Of a stretch of DNA of 64,000 bases, positions 11,336-22,700 are shown in pieces. The DNA lies in contig NW_003314271.1 of the NCBI RefSeq assembly GCF_000143415.4, positions 1,198,204 through 1,262,203 of the forward strand, in the 5' to 3' direction. The DNA comes from Selaginella moellendorffii. Taxonomy: Eukaryota > Plantae > Lycopodiophyta. The translations under genes were made by a program, and so were the position numbers. Position 1 is the stretch's first letter. The number at the start of each line of letters is the position of its first letter. The notes below the pieces were generated by a model. That model was not told the DNA's origin and searched no databases. It worked only from the letters and a program-made list of their open reading frames with translations.

Positions 11336-13556
11336 TAACAAGTATTATTATCTACGACGATTTTTGCTGCCTCTTCTTGCTCTTTCTGCTCTTTGCGGCT
11401 CTTCTTTTTGGTGGGTGTAGTGTTCGAACCCGAGGCAATGGCATCACCGAGTAGCTTCTTTTTCGGAGCTGCAGGAGAGTCGGACGTCGGCTTGAGCTTG
11501 ACCACCCTTTTCTGCTTCGGGGTAGTTTCTAGATCGACCCCCTTCCCCTTCGCTTCGCGAACTGGAGGCACTCTTAACGGCTCAATGTTGGAATATAGTT
11601 TTTGAACATCGCCGTAGGTGAGGTCCGTGGATTCCATGTGATCTTCATAGACCCGCAGCGTCTTTGAAATTGTGGGCCTCCTGGACAACCTCTCCCTAGC
11701 TCCCTCTAGGAATTCCTCATAGCCGCTGCCCCCCTCCGGGAAGCCGTTAGGATGTGCAAGGTGGATCTTGAAGGCGGACGCTGTCTCTACCACAAGTGTC
11801 AGTCCATATTCTTGCATGGAACTGCATGGAGTGTCTGTCACTTGGATGAGGATCCCCATGCATTCTTTTCTCCCACCATCTGTGTTGTACAGCCTCAGAT
11901 CCTTGCCTTCCATCCCGAAAGTCCAACTGGTGAGCTCCTCCCCCTTCTCTGCATCCACATTGACAGTGGCTGGAAGAAGAACACAATTCCTTGCATGTTC
12001 AGAAATGCACAACAATTAGAGCTGACAGATGAAAAGCTAGCAGCTGGAAATAACGTGAGGCCACACGCCATTCACCACTGCATCAGATGTCTTGAGGCTG
12101 CATCCTAAGATGGCGTGAGGCTACACGCCATCTGTAACCAGACTGCACTCGAGAGCCCAATCGGTGCATGCCAATGTTGCTACTAAATGGCATGTGGCCT
12201 CATGCCATTTTCTACTTGGCCTAAAAGACTTACCATTTGAAGCCGAATGGAGGCCGTGACAATCGAGGCCGGACTCGCTGGCGAATGTGCATTGTGTGTG
12301 CAGCGGATCGTAGCAGCAAGGCTACTCTGCCACTTACAGTTGGAGAGTGGCGCTGAAATCTCCCGGGACGCCAAGTGGGCTGCGTGTGGGCGGCGGAGTT
12401 GGCGGCGGAGTGGGCGGCGGAGTTGGCGGCGAAGTTACAAACTGGGTGTGTCTTGAAGTGGACGCTGATGCACACGAGTGCGATGCGAGCACGAGTGTGA
12501 TGCAAGCGCGAGTGGACGCCGATGCACACGAGAAACCTGTAGAGAAGGTAGATGAGCGCGAATGTGAGCGTGATCGCGAGTGGGAGCGCGATGCGAGCGC
12601 GAGTGTGTGAGCGCGAGTACGAAGCAAAATGCAAAACCTAACCTCACACGCGCGAAATGTCACGACGGTTGGTAATCCCGCCACATCATCATTCCTCATA
12701 TTTGGGTGCCACCATTAATTTCTGGATCGCCGCGCGCATGCATGCACGTGAAATCCAAAAGAAATCCGCAACGTCATCATTCCTCGAACTGCATGTACAC
12801 GAAATCCAAAAGAAAGATCATGATTGGGATATCATTTAATACCCTCGCTATATTTATACCATGCATGATTGGATATTCCAAAGCATCTTGTATTTCCAAA
12901 AATGCCAGATGTTCAGCTAAATAAAGAATGGTATACAATGGAATTATAAGATCTGGTTTGTCAGAGGATTTGATGTGACGTTCAAGCGTGTGGGCTCATG
13001 CAATTTTGATCCCAAAAAATGCACCAAAAAATGTTTGGCGTCATCTGGCGTTATCTCTTGAATGGCATGGGGCCGCATGCCATTTTCAGGGGCACATAGG
13101 AGTATATTCCTAGAATATTCTGACACGCGCAAGATTTTTTTGAGTTTTCTGGAGATCCAACCGTTAGATCGCAACTAGATTTTACAGAATGGTATACAAT
13201 GTCTTTCTTGATGACCCTGCAAAGAAGCATCTCGATCGGACATCACATGAGACCACACGAGCCTTACAATGTTTCAGGGGCATTTGCCATAGATCCGACC
13301 GTTATTTTGCTCCAAGATTTTACAATTTGGTGTGCATTGACCTTTCCATCGACACTGCAAAGGGACATCACAATCAGATGCGGGATCACAAGAAACTAAC
13401 TTCACTAACTTTGGTTTCACCAAGATCTACGTAAGGAGTTATGAAATGAAAGGACCCTCTCTATTGAAATGTGTTTATGGTCCTAGGGGCATTGTGACAT
13501 ATCAAAGGATTTTGCATCAAGTTCTGTATTTGCATGTTTATCAAGCTACTGAATTG

Positions 13557-13583
13557 CTAAACCCTAAACCCTAAACCCTAAAC
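13557..13583. promoter_or_regulatory. (CCCTAAA)3 plant telomere-type repeat / telo-box between divergent genes
   Basis: CTAAACCCTAAACCCTAAACCCTAAAC; regulatory role inferred only. Confidence 0.5.
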
Positions 13584-14848
13584 ATGTGGCAAATGCTGCG
13601 TGAAGAAAGATGCCCTTTCTGGGCAAATGCTGTAAGAGGCAGATGCCGAGCAGATGTATCTCAGGCTAGCAAAGGGGACAAACGAAAGCTAGCTATAAAC
13701 ATGACGGGATGCAAATAGATTACTAGGCTGGTCCTGCGAAAATCAAAAACCATAATTGAAAACATTGAAAATGCAAAAAGAAAGGTTTATAATATTTTTG
13801 AATTTTAAGCAACCAAAGGAATGTAAGTAGGGCATGTGTTTGTAAGTTTAAAAATGCCTCAACCACTTAAATTCCCAAGTAAATAAAGCTGTTTCTATTT
13901 TTGGTACAGGTAAACTTTATAGCGTGTGGGCTCATGCAATTTTGAACCCAAAAATGCACCAAAAAATGCTCGACTAACATTATTCTTTGAATGGCGTGTG
14001 GCCTTATATTGCCATAAATGGACGTACACACACAGCATAATTATTCCTTTACACGGCGAATAATCTTGGCGCGGATCGCTGACATGGCATGGCAAAGTTC
14101 GAATCACTGACATGGCACAGCTGGATCGAGGCAAGGACATGATGTGACAAAGTTCAACCTCCGACAGCAAAGTCTAGAAGCTACTAAGTTTGAAATTTGT
14201 CAAAGGAATCATAAGATCTGGTTTGTCAGAGGATTTGATGTGACGTTCAAGCGTGTGTTATTTTTGAATTCTCAAACTCATTCCTAGGTCTATCATTTTT
14301 GTGCGCCGTGTTCTTGGTTCCGCTGAGCGCAGTGAGCACTGCTTGTGTAAGCGGCGTTGTGGGCTGTGGTTTATGCGTCTACGAGCGGTTGCAGCATTGC
14401 GAGCGCCATTGCCAGCGGCAGTTTATGCGAGTGGCAGTTTGTGCGAGCGGCACTACGAGCAGTTGCGGTGTTGCGAGCGGCACTGTCTTTGGTGTGGCTA
14501 CCACTTCCTCTTGATATTCGGCACTTGTGCTTTCTGGTATGTTCACCATGGAATGGCTTAGGACCACATTTAGAAATGGCATGAGGCCACATGCCATCTT
14601 GGGCCCTTGCAATTTCATGGTTAGCGTATTGTCATGTATGTTTTTACTTGCCTGCAGCTGTGTGTATATCAAGATGGCATGCCAATTTTGTGAATGCGAA
14701 ATTTCATGTGGGTGTCAATAGCATGTTTGAATAATGGCATGTGGCCTCATGCTATTGAGGTTGTTTGGTATGTTATGATTTAGGCCATTCTCCAATCATT
14801 TTTTTTATGGTCTTAACTTCTTTTCTGCACTTTCAAAATGGCCTTTAG

Positions 14849-17575
14849 GGTTGGGGAAAAGGTTTACATTTTGAATGGTGGGAAGAGAGTTGCAAAAGAG
14901 ACCCTTGTGTCTATAGATCGGAACTTTGTTATACACTGTCAAAAGCTTGGGGTGTATCAGTAGAGACTGTCTTCGATGGGAATGTGGTCGCTATTGAACG
15001 AGGAGAGATGGTCGTTGGGGTAAATGTTGTTGTTGCCTTGAAAAATCTTCAGAAGAAAGCAGATGTTGGGGACAGCGCAAGTGCGACGCATGTTCCCTCC
15101 GTGGATCTTAAGAACCGTGCTACATGGATTCAGGCAAAGGTGTTTCTAAACAACCCCGAGGGGGAGGTGGTAGCTGAGGGCTTAGCCACAGTTGTCGATC
15201 CAAGAGATGTAGTTGCTAATCAAGAATTGGGCTGGGATGATATTGGAGTTGCGATTTTAGAGGTTATTGACACAGAAGAAAACAGTCTGACTATTGGAAG
15301 CATTGTGCGGTGGAAATTGAGGCACTTAGTGTTTGAGAATGTGAAGGATTCACAATCAAACACCACTACAACTGATGACAGAACATCTCTTCATGGGAAA
15401 AGAAAGTACACCTTCCTAAAGCGCAGCCAAAGGGATCTGAGCAACGAACCGAAAAGGCAGAAAATGGCGATGGAGGTTCGAATGGTCTCGACAGTTGCTT
15501 GTTGCAAGAGGAGGTGCTGTCAACATGCTGATTGGGATGCTATTGAAGAGGAGAGAGCAAGATACAAGACATTGTCCTGGAAGGCAGCTCGCAATTTTGT
15601 GTATGAGGCATTACGGTCATCTGTTGATGCTTTAGAACATCAGGTGGGGGGCATGGTCTTCCAGAGGGGTTTGGTCTGCATGAAGGCATGGAGAATCATT
15701 TATGGAGTCCCTCGAACCACATTCTACAGAATCAAAACTGAGTTCGAGGAACAAAGGGTTCAACAGGCAGTCCATAGGAACGACGGTACGCACAAAACCA
15801 GGGGTCATGTTGTATATGGAGAGGCAATCTTCAAAAGGTTTGTCGAGACATGTAGCGAGCAGCAACCACATAAAACCCGCCTCTTGGAAGATGGAACACG
15901 AGACACCCAATGAGTTCTCCCTTCCATGTATACCAAGGGGGCGATATTGGAAGATGTGAATCGGGAACTCCAGAGTAATGGCTACAGGAAGCTGAGCCAA
16001 TCTAGATTTAGTAGATTATGGAGCAACAGGTTCAGGGATGTGAGTATAGGAAAGTACTCCAGCTTTTCAAAGTGTGACGAGTGCACTGCTATCAAAATGG
16101 CTTTGTCGAAGAATTCTTGCAGCGCTCAAGAGCGAGAGACGTTGGTTAGAAGGCGGCTCGACCACAACATCGAGCAGAGAAGCTGCAGGACTGCATATTA
16201 TCATAACAGGATTCTCTCCATGGAGAGACCTGACTCTTACCTCTGCATCATCCACGACAAAATGGACCAGAAAAAGACGTGCTTACCTCGACTCAATCCT
16301 GCCCCCAAGGCAATCTCTTCATCCATGCAGCTGCCTGTGTCTCTGTTTGGCATAATCGCTCATGGGCATGGTGCCCAGAACTATGGGAACTTCTTTGTAC
16401 CTCTATGGGGTGGCGGGGGTGCAAACATGATGATTGCGTCCCTAGCAAAACACTTAAGGTCTCTGCAAAGTGCGCAGACTGAGCTGAACGGCCAACCCTT
16501 GCATAAGGCCCTTGTCGATCGAACCCCATACAGGGTTCAGCTGGAGGAGGAGCAAAGGCTTGCAGTATCGCGTGGGGCCCCATGCCATCCCAGTGAATAT
16601 GTTGGCCGTCAGATTGTAGGGTTATCACGTGAGGCCTCATGCTATTCCGACGAGGCTGGTCGCCCGGTGAATGCACAGCCTCATCCAAACGAAGCAGAAT
16701 CTCAAGGAAGTTCTTGCGGCCGATGTGGCCTTCCACCCCATCTTCTGCTCCAAATAGACAATGCTGGCAGTGAGAACAAAAACATGTACGTCTTCGCGTA
16801 CTTGGCGATGCTTGTTGCCAAAGGCATATTTGAAACGGTTACACTTGGCTTTCTCATGGTTGGGCACACTCATGAAAACGTCGATGCCATGTTTAGTCAC
16901 CTGGCAGAGTCCCTCTGGCGATCCAATGTCCTCACCCTCCCACAACTCTACAATGAATTCCAAAATTGCATCAAAGGCACTGTTGAAGCTGCACTTGTGA
17001 CAGAGGTTCCAGACTTTAAGGGGTTTGTAAGAGGCTACATCAGGGACGGATCCGAAATGCTGATTGGCCACTCCAAGCCTCTTCAGTTTCATTTCAGCAT
17101 GCGTGACGGTGCTCCAGTGATGAGGTACAAGATGAGAGAATGGGATACAGTGTGGCTGCCAGTGGACGGCATTGAACTCTTCAAGAGAGATCCCATAACT
17201 GGGGAACCTATGATTCCTCAGGGTTCCCCACGGCCGATGCACCCGGATGGACTCAAAGACCAGGAAAGTATAGTGGCCGGGATTAGACAGCATATTGCCT
17301 TCTGGAAGAGGGGGTTGGTGTTTGGTGGAGAATCCTATTTTCAGAGGTGCAAGCCTTTGCTCAAATACTGGGATAAGATTATATCTGCTATCCAAAATGG
17401 GCCGGTTGTATATGAAGAATTGGAAGAGTCCTTTTGGCCAGAACCCAGAGCACCAGATAGTAGCGGAACAATGTCCTCTGGAAATGCAGTGACAGATAAC
17501 GATGTTGAGGATCATTATTGTGGGCCGAGGAACAAGAAGCCAGATTCAGCATTCAATCAAACAAAGATGTTGTGA
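14849..17575 (+). pseudogene. DDD-type transposase (Sola-like / DUF7869), one premature stop
   Basis: ORFs 14984-15913 and 15926-17575 are in one frame, separated by TGA. Cys motifs CCKRRC, VCMKAW, FSKCDEC; catalytic motifs IIHDKMDQ, LQIDNAGSENKN, FLMVGHTHENVDAMFS. N-terminal VVAEG..DP..ELG...GSIVRW module resembles Tnp1/En-Spm-like domains. Confidence 0.8.
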
Positions 17576-18651
17576 CATATGCATTTACCAATCACACGTG
17601 CATAAATCTAATAATATGGCGTGTGGCCCATATTAATGGCACATAAACGCATATTGTGGGCTTACGTGCTTTATGTACCATCATTCCCTTGCAGCGTGTG
17701 TGTTGGTTTCCTTTTATAACAAGACGAACTCCATATTTTAGGGTGAAGAGCGTTCTCATGGCAAGCACAAAATCTGTAAGTGAGGCAGAGAAGGAGACGG
17801 AGAAGGAGATAGGTGAAGATGTAGAATATATAAGTCTTCCAAACTCCCCGTACTATACTCCAGGGGATCATTTTTCTGAACAAACGGCAACATTAACAAC
17901 TATCGAGAACGCCCCAGTAACGTCAGAGACAACAATCCAAAGCAAAACAATTGACCCGGAGAAGGATGATAGTACCGCTGAGAGTACCAAAAAGGAGGTG
18001 TCCACTAGCGCTTAGGCTTATAATGGCGTGTGCCCTCATGCCATTTACTTGATCACCAAATACCTTTTTCCCTTTGCACTAGTATATCTTAATACCGGTC
18101 TGAGAAATAGAATGGCATGTGCCCTCAGGCCTTTTACTAAATCACATTTGAAAGAAATGCAAGCCTCTATGTCGTAAAAAAAAGGTACTAGAGAAATTCC
18201 TTAATAATATGAATGTTATTTAGTTTCATGAAAATACACTAAGGGTCAAATGAGTTAAATGACTTCTCCAGACTAACAATGCCTCTTGCTACACCTTCAC
18301 AATTAGATTCGTTAGAAAAAGATAACATTGAATAATATCTAAATGTTCTCACCATTAAGTTATATGTCTGGCTAATAGGAATGATGTTCATCTTGGAAAG
18401 CTCACCACACGCTCAATGAACAAACAAATAGTGTGTGCGCGCATGCCATTGCTCTTCTTTAGTTTCAGATTCGGCTTGTTCACCTTGACAATGAGATTTA
18501 TTATACAACCAGATGGACTCAGTCTGGACACAAAGTCACCGTGCTAGTCACCATGCCCCAGATATGTCTAGCCCCTGGACAAAAAACATATAATTTCACG
18601 TCATTTTCAAATACTTGAAAATTTGTACCTAGTCCCATTTTACTGAATAAA

Positions 18652-18675
18652 TCCCACTTTAACGAAATAGAGCTT
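18652..18675 (-). repeat. Right TIR of the 12.5-kb transposon
   Basis: Exact reverse complement of 6204-6227; truncates a gypsy RNase H reading frame. Confidence 0.9.
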
Positions 18676-19700
18676 TTCAGCTGGGTTGAGTAGTTGGCTG
18701 GCGTAATAGATCAGTTGATCTTGGTTATCGTGTTGAGTTTGGCTCAGAATTGCACCAGTAGCGGTGTCAGAAGTGTCAACATGAATGTGGAACTCTTGTG
18801 CCCAGTCGGGCTTGGCAAGGATCGGTGTTGTTGTTAGTTTGAGTCGGAGATTGTCCAATGCTTGTTGCTGTTCAGACCTCCATGTCCATTGGGCATCTTG
18901 CTTCAGTCCATCAGTGAGTGGTTTGGCGATGTGAGCGTACTTGTGGATGAATCGTCGGTGATATCCAACTTTGCCGAGGAAGCACCAAAGTTCTTTCTGA
19001 TTCTTCGGCGGTTCAAGTTTGGAGATGACGTCGACTTTGTCCTTGTCGATGAGAATGCCGTCTTTGCAGACAACATGGCCGAGAAGTACTCCAGATTTGA
19101 CGAAGAAAACGCATTTTTCATGGTTGAGTGCTATGTTGTTCTCCTCGCACTTGTTGAGGCATTTCTCCAGGCATTCAAGATGTCGATCTTCCGAGCTGAA
19201 AACACTGAAGTCGTCCATGAAGACTCTCATGAAGTCGGTGAGGTAGTCTTGGAAAGTGTTGGTGACGAGCCTTTGGAAGGTGAATGGGGCGTTGTAGAGT
19301 CCAAAAGGCATTCGCCAGTAAGCATAGGCTCCCCATGGATTGATGAATGCTGTCTTGTGCTGATCTTCTTTGGTGATGTGAATTTGGTTGTAGCAGGACA
19401 AACCATCGAGGAAGGAGTACATCTCGTATCCAGCAACTGCGTCAAGAACTTTGTCGGTAAATGGTATCGGGAAGACATCTTTTTCGGTGGGCTGTTTTCG
19501 TTGAGCTGTTTATAGTTGACGCAGATTTGAAGTTTGCCATTTTTCTTCGGCACAACCACCAGTGGTGAAAGCCATATCGGATTCCGAATTGGGTAGATGT
19601 ACTCAACTTGGAGAAGCTTGTCGAGTTCTTTCTTTACTTGTTCCATCAGATTCGGATTCATCCAGTAGGCTGCTTGTCTTCTTGGTTTGAGTCTGGAAGA
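18676..19700 (-). pseudogene. Gypsy reverse transcriptase / RNase H remnant
   Basis: WLSPLVVVPKKNGKL, FLDGLSCYNQI, KTAF, MPFGLYNAP.TFQR, VFMDDF, FLGKVGYHRRFI, PILAKPDW, IYYAS. Confidence 0.9.
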
Positions 19701-22700
19701 AGGGTGATGGTGTGAAGGCTGAGTTTTGGCGAAACTCCCTAAAGGTCTTGATAACTCCAAGCGAACAACTGTTTCTTCTTTTGGAGAAGATTGATAACTT
19801 GCCGAGATGTCAGTGGCGAGTACAATGTAGTGTTTGTTGCCGTTGTCGGCAAGGCTGACTTTTTCATGTTTTTGATCGGCTGGAATTGACGGAATGTAGG
19901 CAACTTTGTTGTGGTTGTTGACTGTGAATGTCGGTGGTGCTTCGAGTTTTGTATCTCGAGTGACTGGATTTTTTAGTGCTGATGTAATCGGGGGTCGTTC
20001 TCATTGGAATTCGGCAACGATTCGGAACAGGTCGATCTCGGCCAAAGGTTCAAGATCGGGGTAGATTTTGAGAATTTGTTGTTCTTCATAGTCGTCGAGG
20101 CCATCTTCGAGATTATATTCTTCCAAGTCAATAGGTCAGTTGTGGCTGGACAGCGATTTGGTCACTTTTGTCGACACGGTTGTCAGTCCGTCCGGTCCTC
20201 GAAGGATAAGATTGTCATTGGGCCAGTCTTGATAAACTTGGGCAGTTCAGAGCCAAGGTCGACCGAGGAGAATCGAGTATCCATCGGTCTGCTCCGGTAG
20301 TTTGAGGACAACATAGTTGACTGGTATTTCGATGCCTTGAATGGTGGTGTTGACTTTTCAGATGATGCCTTTGGGTTGAAAAAATCGGTGGTCGGCCATT
20401 CGGACATTGAAAGGTGCTGGGTGGACTGGGCTAATGTTGAGTTGTTGAACAAGACTTTCTTCAATAATATTAATGCTGGAGCCGCTGTCAATTATGGCTC
20501 CTCAAACAAGGTGTTTGTCGAGTCGTAGGTCGATTGTCGGAACATCATTGTCACAATCGCTTGGTTGAATCTCGGTTCGAAATGTGTCAACAGCTGTTTG
20601 TGTCGAGTTGAGTGTGGGCGAGTCTGTCAAAGTGTTGGTCAGTGCAGATGTCAGATTGGTAAGCTATTTGGTGAGGTAGGGTGCAATCTTCAGCAGTTGG
20701 CCGATGGTGATCTGAATATTTTGGTTGAGGATAGTCACTTCTACTTCTTGGATTTTGTCGAAGTTTGCCAAATTGTGTTCTGGTGTCGGTGTTGATGTTG
20801 GACAATTTGTCTGTTGGTTTTCTGGTATTGAGTCTTGGCATTGTTGTTGAGCTGGTGATGGTTGAGCTTCATTGTTGGAGTCTAAAATCACTAATTTGGG
20901 TGGTTGTAGAGTGAATTGCCATTGTATCTTGGCAGCTAACTTCTGCTTCTTTTTCCATTCCCAGAGTTTTGTCGGGCTCTTAGGGCCTTTCTCTTCACTA
21001 TCTCCAGAATCTCTGTCCAGTTGTTGTTTTTCTGCTCGAATTTGTGCTCAGGTTTGTACTGCCATGAGTTGAGGATCTGAGCTGTCATTGTCGGCATAAG
21101 GTAGTTCGTCGGTCTTGACCATCCTTGTTGTTGGTGGTTGCTGCTGGTTCTGATCTTGTTGTCGAGGATGGGGCAGACCAAGTCTCGGCGGACCGCCTTG
21201 GTTTTGAAGTCAAGGTTGCCATGGTCGGTTGTTGTAGTTGCCTTGGTAGCCCTGGTCTTGATAACCTTGGCCTTGGTATCTTCGGTTCTGGTATCTTGGG
21301 TATTGTTGGTATCCTTGGTTGTAGTTGTCTCGGTTTGCCGGGTAGTTCCGGTATGGCAGGTATTGTCGATTGTTGTAGTTGTTGTTGTAGTCGTTGTTGT
21401 AATTGTTGTAGTTGTTGTAGTGAGGTTGATCATTCCATTGTCGACTCTGGTGTTGGAAGTTGTTTCTTGGCGGTCTCCAGTTTGTCGGAGGTGGTGCTTG
21501 GTAATTGTCGAAGTATTGATTTGGATATGGTTGTTGAAACTGCTGTTGGGGATAATTTGAGACTTGTCGAACTTCTGGAGAATTTCAAAATTTGCAAGTC
21601 TTGGCATTATGACCTTCTTTGGCACAGATCTGGCATTTGGAGATTTGGAGCTTGCAGTCACTTGCCGGATGTCCTTCATTCTTGCACTTAGTACACCAAA
21701 TTCCAGATTGAAATTCTTTGATGTCGGCCTTGGCTTTTCCCTTGAGCTTGTCGATTGTTTTCCTGAGTTTCCGAAGTTTTGACTTGGTGCTCTCTCCGAG
21801 TTCATCGTCGGAGTCGTTGTCGGAACTGCTGCCAAAATCTAAGTTATCCGTGCTGTCTACTTGTGCTGTCATTCGTCTAGCTTGAACATCTTGAAGGGCT
21901 CTTGTGAGTTCAAGGTAAGTGGCAACATTGATGTGTGTTGCCGCTTCTCGGAGGGATCGTCAGAGGCCTTGCATGTACCATTGGTAAAGTAATGTTTCGG
22001 TGGCACTGTTGCCGCATTTGCTGGCATGTCGAGTGAAGGTTTGAGTGTAGTCTTCGATGGATTGACCGGACTTCTACTTGAGTTTTTGGATCTTGTGAAG
22101 TCGTTAGCTTTGAGTGAGGGAAGACTTGAATCGGTCTATGAGCTTGAGTGTGAGGAAGCATTTGAGCCCATTCGTTGGCTCTCTTTCGAAGGGTACATTG
22201 GAAGTAGTATGGAAGTTCGGTCGTTTGGCCGTTGATTCAGATTGCTTTTCGGAACTGTTCAACATGTTTCTCAGTGTCTTCTGACTTCAGACCATGAAAT
22301 AGTGGATAGGAGACGTGTCTTCTGACAGGTATGTTGGCGACGGCAGTAGTGACTACCATTTGCTGTTGGTAGTAATGTCGGTATTGTCAAGGTTGTTTTT
22401 TCAGGTTGTCACCGTGGAGTCCTAAGGTGATTTGTAGCAAGGGGTTATCAGGGTCAACGGCAAAGTCAGTGTAAGAGGAAGGTGGTGAATTGTTGTTGTT
22501 GTTTAGTGGACTCTTCTTTGGTTTTTCTTCTGTGTTGGGACTGTTTTTGGGTGTGTCGTCGATGTCATCATTGGTGTCGGGTTGCTTGCCGGTGTTGATT
22601 TCCGAAAGATGGTGCTCGAACTTGTTGTCAACGTACTTGTCAGAGTTATGTTGTGTTGGTTGTGGTTGTTCTTCTAAATTGTCAAAGAGTTCTTTGAACA

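Larger units (their letters stand above)
6646..12300 (-). pseudogene. Transposon cargo gene, multi-exon: ParB/Srx-like + DNA MTase-like + acidic linker + FCP1/NIF-type HAD phosphatase-like; several premature stops
   Basis: ORFs 10345-12015, 9710-10444, 9386-9682, 8676-8966, 8412-8654, 7608-8165, 7318-7530 and 6646-7302 chain through ~50-bp GT-AG introns (e.g. 10759-10812, 9354-9401, 9225-9280, 9104-9152). Stops look like single transitions (TGG>TGA, CAA>TAA, CGA>TGA). Start codon uncertain. Confidence 0.7.
6589..18450. repeat. Dispersed 24-bp palindrome AATGGCRTG-n-GGCC-n-CAYGCCATT, about 20 copies
   Basis: Copies at 6589, 7666, 7741, 9112, 9253, 10769, 12049, 12109, 12186, 12984, 13061, 13920, 13990, 14575, 14733, 16566, 16623, 17615, 18022, 18111 and 18427. 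Confidence 0.9.
6204..18675. mobile_element. 12.5-kb TIR DNA transposon (Sola-like/DUF7869-type transposase) with divergent cargo gene
   Basis: Perfect 24-bp TIRs AAGCTCTATTTCGTTAAAGTGGGA (6204-6227; reverse complement at 18652-18675) and subterminal TCCCAYTT repeats (6238, 18633). Transposase on + strand, multi-exon gene on - strand. No TSD seen. Confidence 0.85.

Noticed and set aside
6589-18450. Palindromic repeats as a CRISPR array or REP elements
   Set aside because: Spacing is irregular (tens of bp to >1 kb), context is eukaryotic and intron-containing, and there is no cas or RAYT gene.
20936-21835. Thr-rich mucin-like ORF
   Set aside because: Off-frame reading of the AAC-rich low-complexity part of gypsy gag.
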